A program made the translations under genes and the position numbers. This document shows, piece by piece, positions 25,489 to 37,180 of a stretch of DNA of 64,000 nt. The stretch lies in contig NC_042998.1 in the NCBI RefSeq assembly GCF_006345805.1, positions 186,372,001 to 186,436,000 of the forward strand, given 5' to 3'. Position 1 is the first letter of the stretch. Each line of letters opens with the position of its first letter. The notes beneath the pieces are model-generated. The model was not told the origin of the DNA, did no database searches, and saw only the letters and a program-made list of their open reading frames with translations. Source of the stretch: Octopus sinensis (taxonomy: Eukaryota).

Positions 25489-25858
25489 CTGAAAATAGAG
25501 AGCAAATGAAATTCAGAATTAAGATCAATATTTGAGCTAAAACTACTAGCATAAATATAAAGGAAAGTATACATGAAGTCAAGTTTTGAAATCGTAATAT
25601 ATGCCATTCACATAAAAAGAGAATTATTTTGTTGCTAACAACAATAATTATTTCCTGATATTTTTTAATCCATTCTTACATTGTTACAATGCTTTCAAAA
25701 CAACCACATCCAACGAGATAGGATAAAGGATCAACCAATTCTAGGGTAACTTACAAGCATTTGAAAACAATATTTCACAGGCATAAATGTGTGGTTAAGA
25801 AGTTTGGTTCCCAACTAAAAGGCATCTTGATCAACTATTTGAATCCTTTTATAATTGA

Positions 25859-25890
<32 letters not shown>

Positions 25891-26873
25891 TTAATGTCCG
25901 TTTTCCATGCTAGCATGGGTTGGACAGTTTGACCGGGGTCTGGGAAGCCAGGAAGCTGCACCAGGCTCCAGTCTGATCTGGAAGTGTTTCTACAGCTGGA
26001 TGCCCTTCCTGTATAGTGTCCACTAGTATAGCCCCACACCATCTACAGCCTTCTGAGTGGACTTGATAGACAGAAACTGAAAGCTCATTATACGTGTAAA
26101 AGCACCCACTACACTCACGGAGTGGTTGGCGTTAGGAAGGGCATCCAGCCGTAGAAGCACTGCCAGATTTGACTGGGCCTGATGAAGCCTTCTGGCTTCA
26201 CAGACCCTAGTAGAACCGTCCAACCCATGCTAGCATGGAAAACAGACGCTAAACGATGATGATAATGATGATGATGTAAATATGTGTGTGTTTGTATCTC
26301 CTTGTTTTGACATCATGTGATAGGAGAAGTAAGCATCACTATCATTAATGTGATGTTATTCATTTCCAGTTTTCTGTGAAAATATGTCTGGCCATGGGGA
26401 AAACTACTTTACTGGGAAACAGATGAAAGGTGCTGACAAGATAGGCATCCAGACATAGGAAACCTGCCACAATAAATTCCATCTGATCCATGCTAGCATG
26501 GAAAAGTGGACATTAAAATTATAATGATTATATGTCTATTTCTTTACAAACCACAAGGGGCTAAACACAGAGGGCACAAACAAGGACAGACAAACGGATT
26601 ACGTCGATTACATCAACCCTAGTGTGTAACTGGTACTTCATTTATCGACCCTGAAAGGGTGAAAGGCAAAGTCGACCTTGGTGAAATTTGAACTCAGAAC
26701 ATAACAGCAGATGAAATACTGCTAAGCATTTCATCCGGTGTGCTAACGTTTCTGCCAGCTCACCAGTAATATTGTTACATGTCCTATACAATGGAACATT
26801 GTACATGGTGATATCACATGACACAGCATATTGTAACACTAAGTAAAATACTGACATTGTTTCATAATACTTA

Positions 26874-27150
26874 CGCCCAGTGGTTAGGGCAGCGGACTCG
26901 CGGTCGTAGGATCGCGGTTTCGATTCCCAAACCGGGCGTTGTGAGTGGTTATTGAGCGAAAACACCTAAAGCTCCACGAGGCTCCGGCAGGGATGGTGGT
27001 GATCCCTGCTGTACTCTTTCACCACAACTTTCTCTCACTCTTTCTTCCTGTGGAGTGCTCAGCCACTTACACGTTAATTTCACGAGCAGGCTGTTCCGTT
27101 GATTGGATCAACCGGAACCCTCGTCGTCGTAACTGACGGAGTGCTTCCAT
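26874..27150 (+). mobile_element. tRNA-derived SINE family D (copies ~9993-10350+, ~63625-64000-, older ~830-1125-)
   Basis: gcccagtggttagggcagcggactcgcggtcgtaggatcgcggtttcgattccc head and aaaacacctaaagctccacgaggctccggc body. Confidence 0.8.
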
Positions 27151-27752
27151 TACATTATTACATTATATATTATATATTACATTATTATTTTATATACCAC
27201 TTATCATTCCATTCAACCATAACATTTTATACTAACACTATTCTTTTGATTTACAATATTTCTTTCTCTCCTTCATCACAACACTGTGCTGTGCTACAAC
27301 TCATCCATTTATCTTTTCCACCAACTATTCCTAAAAGGGTCATTAGGGTAGAGTTTTCAGTTATCTCCTCAATAGGGTCCTATCAGAATCAATTGTCATT
27401 GCAGTATCCTGTTGGATTCCCAAGTGTGACCAACCCTGAATATTGCCCAACCATCTTGTTCTTGGTCAATCCCTAGACCTCCTGCTGGTTGGCTCAGCTT
27501 GAAGACTGTCTGGTGATCCTTTTTTGCAAAGCTCTAATCACACGTCCATAGTACTGGAGCTGTGACCTCTCAATGCAGAAAAATAGTGGCTTGACCTGGA
27601 GAGACTCCATGATCTCCAAGCTTCCCACGTTTATATTGGATTTTAATATGAAAAAAAAAAAAAAGACCGAAAAGATAGTGGGCTCTCACACATACATACT
27701 GACACACAATCACATACATTTATAGAGTGAAACTTAAAATTCCGAAAAAAAT

Positions 27753-27801
<49 letters not shown>

Positions 27802-27992
27802 TGTGTGTGTGTGGGTGTGTGCATGGGCGTGTGCGTGCTCATGATTTTACTATAGGGATCCTATGGAGGAACCCTTTCTCAACCATGAATATAACTACAA
27901 CCCATCATATTAAACTGCATGACCCAATTTTCTGACAAACTTTATGCAAGAATTGTTCACCACTACAATGAATGTTACAATACGAAACTTAC

Positions 27993-28187
27993 CGTTTTTA
28001 TTTCCTCCGTATAATACTTAACACAATGATCAATAGGAGCTAAATCACCTTTTTTATAGATATTATAAATGAATGGTTTGAATGCTTTTTCAAACATTTG
28101 AGGAGTACTGATGGTAATTAATGCGAAAGTATCATCATGGTATTCAAGTTGATAGTTTGGTCCAACAAGTTCATTGTACCATTTTAC
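27993..28187 (-). CDS. MMACHC: MMACHC coding exon 2 (VKWYNELVGPNYQLEYHDDTFALITISTPQMFEKAFKPF...PIDHCVKYYTEEIKT)
   Basis: Acceptor ctttctcttgcag, donor gtaagt, 195 nt, phase 0/0. Similar to human VAWYNELL...STPAMFDRALKPF...DPVDQCV. Overlaps track ORF 27975..28193. Confidence 0.93.
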
Positions 28188-29125
28188 CTGCAAGAGAAAG
28201 AATAATTAAAATCAAAAGTCAGTAAATATATACATTCATCATCATCGTTTAACGTCCGCTTTCCATGCTAGCATGGGTTGGACGGTTCAACTGGGGTCTG
28301 GGAAGCCAGAAGGCTGCACCAGGCCATTCAGATCTGGCAGTGTTTCTACAGCTGGATGCCCTCCTTCCTAACGCCAACCACTCCGTGAGTGTAGTGGGTG
28401 CTTTTTATGTGCCACGGACACAGGTGCCAGACGAGGCTGGCGAACGGCCACGCTCGGATGGTGTTTTTTTTTTTATGTGCCACGGACACAGGTGCCAGAC
28501 GAGGCTGGCCAACGGCCACGCTCGGATGGTGTTTTTTTTTTTTTATGTGCCACGGACACAGGTGCCAGATAGTTTTTAGGTTTACTTTTTCCATGCTGGC
28601 ACTTATTGGATGTGTTGTAATTGTGGCAGTATTCAATGGTTGGGTGCTCTTACTGACACCAACCCTTGCTGTTTTCAAGTAAGACACTTCATTTCCACTG
28701 GTCTTTGCATATTGGAACTGCTGTTGAGCTGTTGGAACAGACAAGCACAACTACTGACTAAAAAAGTGTTGATACACAAGCAAACAACACAAACAAATAC
28801 ATACACACAAATATATCTGAGAATTGGTTCGGAGGGTGAAAATGCATCCAGTTGTTAAAACAGATTACACTTTTTTTTTTTAAATCTTGAAATTTATTAA
28901 AATATTATACTAGTTTAAAAAAAAAAGGACAAAATAAAAGTTTTAAGGGAAGAAGGTGCAAGAGAAAGTTCCATAGCAATAAAACATGCTGCAAAATCAA
29001 ATAACATTCAATAGGTTTCATTGTAAAATTACATGATGAAAATATAAGTACTCAATAATTTATTGAATATATGTATGTGTGCATGTATATGTACATATAT
29101 AAATACCTACACACACACACACACA

Positions 29126-31217
29126 CAGAGTCATCGAAAAAGGTTTCTGTGGTTTTAGTTGTCAATTGCACTAGCTATAAGCAAGTGATGTGCATGAAAT
29201 CAACGTGGGACTGAATAACAACTGTAGGAGATTTAATATTTGTCACTGGCCAATTACTTCACACCAAACATGGCGGCTGTATAGCAGAAAGCACAGTGTG
29301 TGTTGTGGTACACTGAGTTTAAGTGAGTTGTTTTAGTGCAGCGGCATTTTCGCCAAACTTATGGACAAGATCCACCTACAAACAAAACTATGTTGGTATA
29401 CGACTGTATGTGAGATGTTTGGTGACATATTGCTCCTCTTGTTCAGTGCACGGCCGCATCCCAACATAACATAACATAACATAATGTTATATTGGCCATA
29501 ATACATGTTTTATATACAGTGCCAAAGTAAATGAATCAAGGACGCCAAAAACCGTTCTACTTTTATAAAGAGAAGATAGATTTTATTCACAGTGTACAAA
29601 GTGATTTGTTATTATTAGCGTAGTGTTGTGTCATGAATGCATGCTTATAATATTTGCGTTATAAGTAGAGAGACAGACCACGCTTAGATGCTAACCAATC
29701 AGATCAGTGGACACAACAAGGTTAAACTAGCCAAAGATGTTTGTAATCTCAAACGAGATCATTCTTAATATTTTTCTCAAACAGTGAAGATAGCAATGAA
29801 GAAAGCAATATTGCTACAAAACCATTGTTCGTTGGTTTAACCAGTTTAAAGAAACTGGGAATGTAAACATTATGAAACCTCCAGGCTGGCCACACACATC
29901 GAAAGAGAATGTGGAGCGTCTGAGACTGTCATGCTTGTGTAGTCCTAAGAAGTCCATTGCTTGACATAGTTTGGAAATTCGTATGCCTAAAACAACAATT
30001 CAAAATGTGCTGCATAAACGCCTAAGACTGCATGCTTACAAAATTCAAATGAAGCATAAAATTAAGGAGAGAGATAGGCCTAAATGAAATGAATTTGCTG
30101 TAATGATGCCGAGAGAAATTCATGACACTGATAGTTATCTTAACAGAATTTTATTTAGTGATGAAGCAACATTCCACATAAATGATTGTTAACTGACATA
30201 ACAGTCGGATATGGGGAGCTCAGCAACCCAATAAAGTTTGCCAGTACGTCCATGATTCACCCAGGGTTAATGTGTGGTGTGGACTGTTGCATGATCATGC
30301 TGTCGGCTCTTTCATGTTTGCAGAAAACATGATTATGGGCGCTAGTTACTTGGACATGTTGGAAATTTATGTGTTCTGTCAAATTGCAAACATTGAAGAG
30401 AGAAAGGAGTAAGTGTAATTTTCCAGCTGGCTCACTGCAGCAATAATGCGTGACAATTTAAGCTCTCAACAACAGATTCCCTGGCCATTGGATTGGAAGG
30501 AATGGTCCTGTTTTGGGGCCACCTAAAAGCCCTGATCTAATTCCTATGGACTTTTTCTTTGGGGTTATCTGAAGATAATACAGAAAAAATCTGGGATCGG
30601 CAACATTTAAGAGAGAGAATCCATGTGGCGATAGCAACTGTGAATCCTGATATGATTCAGCACACCTAGAGGGAGGTCGAGTATTCCTTAGATGTTTGCT
30701 GGGCAACAAAGTGAGCTCATATCGAAACCTACTAAATAATGTTCTTTTTTCTTTTATTCTTTTATTTGTTTCAGTTATTTGACTGCAGCCATGCTGGAGC
30801 ACCGCCTTTAGTTGAACAATTCGACCCCAGTACTTATTCTTTGTAAGCCTAGTACTTATTCTATCGGTCTCTTTTGCCAAGCCGCTAAGTTACGGGGACG
30901 TGAACACACGAACATCGGTTGTCAAGCAATGCTGAGGTGGGGACAAACACAGACACACACACATATACGACGGGCTTCTTTCAGTTTCCGTCTACCAAAT
31001 CCACTCACAAAGCTTTGGTCAGCCCAAGGCTATAGTTAAAAACACTTGCCCAAGGTGCCACGCAGTGTGATTGAACCCGGAACCATGTAGTTGGTAAGCA
31101 AGCTACTTGCCACACAGCCAGATTTTCTGTGTTTTGGTGTATAAATAAATAGTATGCCTTTAATACAAAGTTAATTATTTCATTCTGAAATCACAGAAAC
31201 CTTTTTTGATGACCCTG
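29126..31217 (+). mobile_element. Degenerate Tc1/mariner-superfamily element (DUF4817-type HTH transposase) with nested insertions, in MMACHC intron 1
   Basis: TIRs cagagtcatcgaaaaaggtttctgtgg / cacagaaaccttttttgatgaccctg followed by TA. Decayed peptides QFKETGNV, LHKRLRLHAYKIQ, ILFSDEATFH, PPKSPDLIPMDFF. Confidence 0.8.
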
Positions 31218-31264
31218 TATATTGTCAGTGGATCATATATCCAAAACAGAAGCACACTCTAAAG

Positions 31265-31465
31265 CAGTGCTTTTCAAACTTTTTGCTGGAGCGGAACCCC
31301 AAGGAAACATTCCACTGGCTCGAGGAACCCCTGTGCAATAATTTAATTGTCTTATGCACACATATCTGCACAGGAGAATTAAAAATTACTGTCGATTTTA
31401 GCATTTTTGTAATTTCTTGCGGAACCCCTGGACTGTACTGACGGAACTCTGGTTGAAAACCACTG
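31265..31465. mobile_element. hAT (Charlie-like) MITE, 201 bp
   Basis: TIRs cagtgcttttcaaac / gttgaaaaccactg; perfect 8-bp TSD ctctaaag at 31257-31264 and 31466-31473. Confidence 0.9.
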
Positions 31466-31728
31466 CTCTAAAGTTAGAGCAGTAAAGTATTTACATGAAG
31501 TTAAATATATGTCTAGTCATAGAGTGACCAATAGTTTTGCATCACTGGGCAGTCGTTGTACCCACTGCATGAGCAACCAGCCTCTGCTCGCTTTCCATGA
31601 CTGCTTACCAGTACTCATTTTATGTTGGGAGTGCAACTTAAGGGGACCCTTAGGTTGTGCCTATTGAACAAGTGTCTGTACCCATGTGTCTGCATACAGT
31701 GCTTGTCTGCTAACCTAAGGAATATTCT

Positions 31729-32118
31729 TCCCACACAAGTGAGAAAGGTGGGGCAAACCAAATGATGTTCCACTGGCGCTTCCTTTTGCAGGTGCTAGGT
31801 CCCAACATATAAGAGATGCAGTCCTTAAACCCATTGGATGCCAGGGCCTTCCCACACAAGTTTTAACACTGAGTGAGAAAGGTGGGGCAAACCAAATGAT
31901 GTTCTACTGGCGCTTCCTTTAGCAGGTGCTAGGTCCCAACATATAGGAGATGCAGTCCTTAAACCCACTGGATGCCAGGACTTTCCCACACAAGTTTTAA
32001 CACTGAGTGAGAAAGGTGGGGGTAAACCAAATGATGTTCCACTGGCGCTTCCTTTTGCAGGTGCTAGGGCCCAACATTTAGGAGATGCAGTCCTTAAACC
32101 CATTGGACGCCAGGGCCT
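31729..32118 (+). repeat. ~134-bp tandem repeat, 3 copies
   Basis: gagaaaggtgggg...aaatgatgttc.actggcgcttcc...ggagatgcagtccttaaaccc repeated three times. Confidence 0.9.
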
Positions 32119-32802
32119 GGTAATCATTTTAATTTTATAAATAGTTACTTGGGGTAAAAAACAAATGGCAGTGATGACACCTTGAAATTTTTTTAATTAG
32201 TTACAGTTAATTAAATATGGAATGCAGTGCAGGTGAGTGTGATCTTCAGGGTTACTGTGACAACTTAGGTAAATTTTCAGTCGGTCTAATAATACCTCGT
32301 CAGCAAAACTTATTCTAATCATGACTGCTGGATATTACAACAACAGAATTTGTGTACACTAACAACTGAGCCTTACAGGTTAATTCAATCTTTTATATTT
32401 TTCCATGGATTTTTATAGTTTCTTGGGGTTTATTTTCTTTTACCTGCTTAGAAGTGAAACTTGTGAATGCCAATACATTTGGCATTCAATTAGCCTTTTT
32501 CAGAGTGTCAAGTTATTTACAAAATCATTTTTTAAATCAATCTTCAAACAACATTGTTGTTACATAAATCCAAATATTACTACACCAACTCTAAAAAGAA
32601 GAGATAGATTGGTACAACTGATTTATTTTCCTCAGAAAAACGAAAAAAGATGAGTTTAAGTATTCAGACCTACTGGGTATTAAGGCTAAATTTGATAGTT
32701 TACATAAAAAAGAAAATACAATATCCCATCCTAAAATAAAGGTATTTTTTAAAAAATCAAAAATATCAACCAGATTATGGTGGAGCCCTCTGCTTACACC
32801 AT

Positions 32803-33162
32803 GGAAAGAAAGAAAGAAAGAAAGAAAGAAGAAAGAAAGAAAGGAAGAAGGAAGGAAGGAAGGAGGAAGGAAGAAAGAAAGAAAGAAAGAAAGAAGAAGA
32901 AGGAAGGAAAGAAGGAAAGAAAGAAAGAAAGAAGAAAGAAAGAAAGAGAGAAAGAAAGAGAGAGAGAGAAGAAAGAAAGAAAGAAGAAAGAAAGAACGAA
33001 AGAAAAGAAAGAAAGAAAGAAAGAGGAAGGAAGGAAGAAAGAAAGAAGAAAGAAGAAGGAAGGAAGGAAGGAAGGAAGAAAGAAAGAGAGAAGAAAGAAA
33101 GAAAGAAAGAAGAAGGAAGGAAGAAAGAAAGAAAGAGAAAGAAAGAAAGAAAGAAAGAAGAG

Positions 33163-33193
<31 letters not shown>

Positions 33194-33216
33194 AGGAAGG
33201 AAGGAAAGAAGGAAAG

Positions 33217-33285
<69 letters not shown>

Positions 33286-33370
33286 AAAAGAAAGAAAGAA
33301 AGAAAGAAAGAGAGAAAGAAAGAAAGGAGGAAAGAAAGAATAAAAGAAAGAAAGGAAAAAGAAAGAGAAT
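32803..33370 (+). repeat. (GAAA/GGAA/GA)n polypurine microsatellite
   Basis: ~570 bp almost purely A/G. Confidence 0.95.
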
Positions 33371-33816
33371 AAGGGAAGCAGAAAGGACAGGGTGGTTACA
33401 GATCTGTTTGATCAGAGATGATCTGTGGAAACAATGAAGTCTCTACATAGACATTAGAAACAGCAGCCAAATGTCGCTCGTATCCCATTCTCATCACTTT
33501 TAAAGAAAGGAAACGTTGGCTAATAATATTGTCCTATATAAAAATTAAAAAATCAATATCACAGCTGGAGTGTATTTGATCAATGTTGGCTCGGGGAACC
33601 AACAATAATAACAGCTGCTGATAAAAACGTTGAAATGGGCAAGATGTCAAACGACACTGCGTCACAGCCGGTTAAAACGAAAGAGTGCCGATTTATCTGT
33701 TTCGGAACACAACACTTCTTGCGGGATCTTGTTTTCATCAGCTCGTACTATTTAGTTTCTTCATATCCGGGTCTGCATAGAAGATGGTAGTATGATGGTT
33801 AAGTGTTATAAAAAAA

Positions 33817-34200
33817 CTAGCAGTATCGCCCGGCGTTGCTCGGGCTTGTAAGGGAAATAACTATATAAGCATTTTTAGAGAGTTATAGCCAAAAAAATGC
33901 ATTAAAAATGGGAAAAAAATTATGGTAAATTTTTTTTTAAATCGTTGACTCATCGTAGACATTTTTAGAGAGTTACTTCCCTTATATATGCCAAAAATGC
34001 ATTAAAATGGAAAAAATGATGGTAAATTTTTTTTAAAATCGTAGACTCATCGTAGACGCGCGCTAATACCCAGAAGGGCTCGATATGAATCACGACTATA
34101 AGATACCCGGTTTTGGTTAAACTGCACCGCAAAATGTGGGAGTAGTTAGGAATCTAAATCGTAGGAGACAGACACACAACTTCACTTTTATATATAAAGT
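33817..34200 (-). mobile_element. Non-autonomous Helitron with the same 3' end as 20304-20690
   Basis: ctagcagtatcgcccggcgttgctcggg is the reverse complement of the 20663-20690 terminus. Confidence 0.75.
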
Positions 34201-34359
34201 TTACAACTGTTTATGTATTTGGATTCCGAAATCAAACTTCGATTACTGATAAAAAGAAAAAAAAAAACATTTTCTCTTTCGTACATAATTCAGTTGAAAA
34301 AGACGGGAACCTCATAAAATCTCCTTTACCGAACTAAAGAGGCATACCTACAAAGTACC

Positions 34360-34795
34360 TGGCGATCTTTCGTCTCTAGTAGACCTTTCCGTCGATTTCC
34401 GTAAAAAAATTTCTTTTTTTTACATATGGGCTTGCGGGAACTTTTGAAGTAATGAGAGCGAAAGAGACTAAGAGAAAGCCATTTTATGACGAGGGAAGTT
34501 CTTTTGAAGTTACCGTCCAGGGGAAGCATTGATGTACATGTGTGTGTGTTTGATGGGGTGTGGGAGACAGACAGTATGTTGTATAAGTGAAGTGCTTCTG
34601 TTAGTGTGTGTGAAGAGACAGAGAGAGTAATGTGTGAAAGAGAGAGATAACTGAGAACTTCCCTCGTCATACAATCGCTTTCTCTTAGTCTCTTTCGCTC
34701 TCATTACTTCAAAAGTTCCCGCAAGCCCATATGTAAAAAAAAATAATTTTTTACGGAAATCGACGGAAAGGTCTACTAGAGACGAAAGATCGCCA
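34360..34795. mobile_element. Foldback/MITE with ~143-bp near-perfect inverted arms
   Basis: 34360-34502 is the reverse complement of ~34654-34795; no clear TSD. Confidence 0.8.
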
Positions 34796-35029
34796 ATATA
34801 ACTTTCAGAAAACTACATTAGTTTTGATGAAATTTTCAACAAACATCTTTCAGAATGTGTAGATTACGTTTATATCGGATAATAAAGACCGAAAAGATAG
34901 TGGGCTCTCACACATACATACTGACACACAATCACATACATTTATAGAGTGAAACTTAGAATTCCGAAAAGAAATGTGTATGTGTGTGCGCGCTCACCGT
35001 TTTTCTTTTCACATCATATATATATATAT

Positions 35030-35660
35030 AATGAAATTATTGTATACAGTGCTCAGGTCCACCACAAATTGTCAAAAGTGCGTATAAAGCATATGCAGTA
35101 ATGTACAAATGTCTGGAAAGTGAACAGTGTATCAGTCATATACATGCTTGCGTGTGTATGGAGTGGAGAAAATCAGGTGTAGTGTTGGCGAATCTCAGGT
35201 AGCATGGAAGTTTTGAAGGATGCAGTGCTCCGACAACCGATGCCGGCAGTTTGTTCCATGCTTCAGCAACTCTAAGCGTGAAAAAATGTTTCCGAAAGTC
35301 ATGAGAGCTGTGTTGTTTTCTGACTTTGTAAACATGTCCACGGATGTTACACAGGTGGAGTTTGAAAAGGTGCTCAGAATTATTGTTAGTAAGATGGTTA
35401 ATAATTTCATGGGTGTCTGCCAAGTCAGCTGCCAGACGTCGGAGTTTCAATGTGTCCAGGCCCAGGGAAGTAAGGCGTTCAGAATATGGCAAATGCCTGA
35501 TGGAGGGTATTCTTTTGATTGCACGTCGCTGAACGGCTTCCAGACGATTAATATCCTGGGCAAGATAGGGGTTCCAGACCGGTGATGCAAATTCCAGGTG
35601 AGGTTGTACCATAGCTATATAAAGCCGCAGATAGATAGCCGGAGAGCGGCTCACAAAGGA
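35030..35660 (-). mobile_element. CR1/L2-group LINE 3' end; further copies on + at ~42760-43395, ~52550-53190, ~57225-57868
   Basis: LYIAMVQPHLEFASPVWNPY...LEAVQRRA...YSERL..LGL.TLKLRRL..DL...FFTLRVAEAWNKLP. Confidence 0.85.
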
Positions 35661-36616
35661 GCCATTATATCATATCCGGATATAATGGTAATTTACTCTG
35701 AAAGATGCTTGTACAAAATTTCATTAAAAAATATGTTTTTCTTAAAGTTATGAGGAAACAAAACTGACTCGTGTGAATTTACCGAAACTCTTCTCCCCAC
35801 CGTCGGGAATTGTTCTGTTTTTTTTTGTTTTTCACAACAATTTCTGATATAATCAGAATCAACACCATCTAAAGCGTATTTGTTGACAATTTCATTAAAA
35901 ATATCCAATTTTCTGGAAGTTATGAGGAGATAAAGTCGGTGGGGCACAATTGTGTAGGTATGTCGCTAATGAAATATATTTTTGTTAATTATATGTATTT
36001 CATTGATATTGATAAATAATTCTTTCTAATTTAGACACAAGGCCAGCAATAATAAGGGCACGGTTAAGTCAATTATATCGAACTCAGGACTTGACTGATG
36101 CTTGCTTCATCGCCTCCCAAAGGCGAAGATCTCAGTAGAATTTGAACTCGGAACCTAAAGCGCCGGAAGAAACGTCACTAAACATTTTCCCGACCTCTAA
36201 CGAGTTCCCACCCTTTTTATTAATATACAAGTATCCGCTTTTCCTGACCATAGAAAGATAGCCTCAAGTGACATATATATGGATCTAAATATATCAAGGT
36301 CAGTGATTTCAGTAAGGATGTGCCGAAAGACTGTCAAATTTATAATTCTAGACGAAAATATAAACACTAATAAAACAGAACTCAATTTTCAAAACAGTCC
36401 TTAACGAGTAGTTAAACAATCAGTTAAAATAAAGTCTGTAGAATATACAAAACACTCTAGTATGCGACCACACCCAGTTCACCAGTAAAGTACTTATTTA
36501 CAAAGAGAGGAGAGTGTAAGAGACAAAACCATTTGAAAATGCGCCCCCAGAGAATGACACAACCAAATACTATTGAGCAACTTAAGTCAGCCCCCAACTA
36601 GAGCTGACTTACAATA

Positions 36617-36696
36617 CGAACGAGCAGGTGTGATCCACATCGGCCGAACGAGCAGGTGTGATCCACATTGGCCGAACGAGCAGGTGTGATCCACAT
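36617..36696 (+). repeat. 28-bp tandem repeat, ~3 copies, in MMACHC intron 1
   Basis: cgaacgagcaggtgtgatccacat(c/t)ggc x3. Confidence 0.9.
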
Positions 36697-36997
36697 CTCC
36701 ATAGTTTTACATATGACATATGAAGGCATATAAGAATTAACCGCAAATTCTGTCAACAAAATAAATTGCGTAAAATGGCCAGCACGTGCTATCACCCAAA
36801 CATCCGTTGTTTTCGATTCGTTTACTCTATGTCACTAAAGACAAAGAAACAAATATATAGGGAGATGTACTCGCATAGCAAGTGATTTGATCTGAGATCG
36901 TGTGCTGGAACGAAAACAATTGCAGCGTGGAAGGTGTTTGTAAGCCATTTAAGAAACACACAAAAGCCGTTCGATTCACTCCAACATTTAAGTTTAA

Positions 36998-37047
36998 TTT
37001 GTCAAAATATTTTCGTCGCTAAAATCCGCGACCTGTTCACTGAAAAA
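36998..37047 (-). ncRNA. Hammerhead G3-C8 variant in MMACHC intron 1, sense orientation
   Basis: tttttca GTGAACA g gtcgc ggatttta gcgac GAA aatatt t tgacaaa. Loop II differs from other copies while stem II is kept. Confidence 0.65.
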
Positions 37048-37099
37048 AAAAACCCGTGCTGCATCAAATATATATATATATAATTGTTAACTCACGTAC

Positions 37100-37180
37100 T
37101 TTGAAGGGATGCGCCTCAAAACCAAATGGGCCGAGGATTTCGTTAACCCTCCGAACAATTTCTTCTGCTTCTTTGGCCAT
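37100..37180 (-). CDS. MMACHC: MMACHC/CblC coding exon 1 (MAKEAEEIVRRVNEILGPFGFEAHPFK)
   Basis: Manual translation: ATG at 37180-37178, 81 nt, GT donor at 37099 (GTACGT). Matches the human N-terminus as recalled (..LCPFGFEVYPFQ), phase 0. Confidence 0.9.

Noticed and set aside
31729-32118. Tandem C/D-box snoRNA cluster (atgatg...ctga)
   Set aside because: Box C is imperfect (ATGATGT), lies antisense to the host gene, and no terminal stems or guide sequence were recognised.
32777-33343. 188-aa K/E/R-rich ORF
   Set aside because: Translation of a (GAAA)n purine microsatellite that cannot contain stop codons; antisense within an intron.
35693-35947. 84-aa ORF considered as MMACHC exon 1
   Set aside because: No similarity to the CblC N-terminus; the true exon 1 is at 37100-37180. 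Identity of this ORF is unresolved.
36617-36696. CRISPR-like 28-bp direct repeats
   Set aside because: No spacers between repeats, no cas genes, eukaryotic context.
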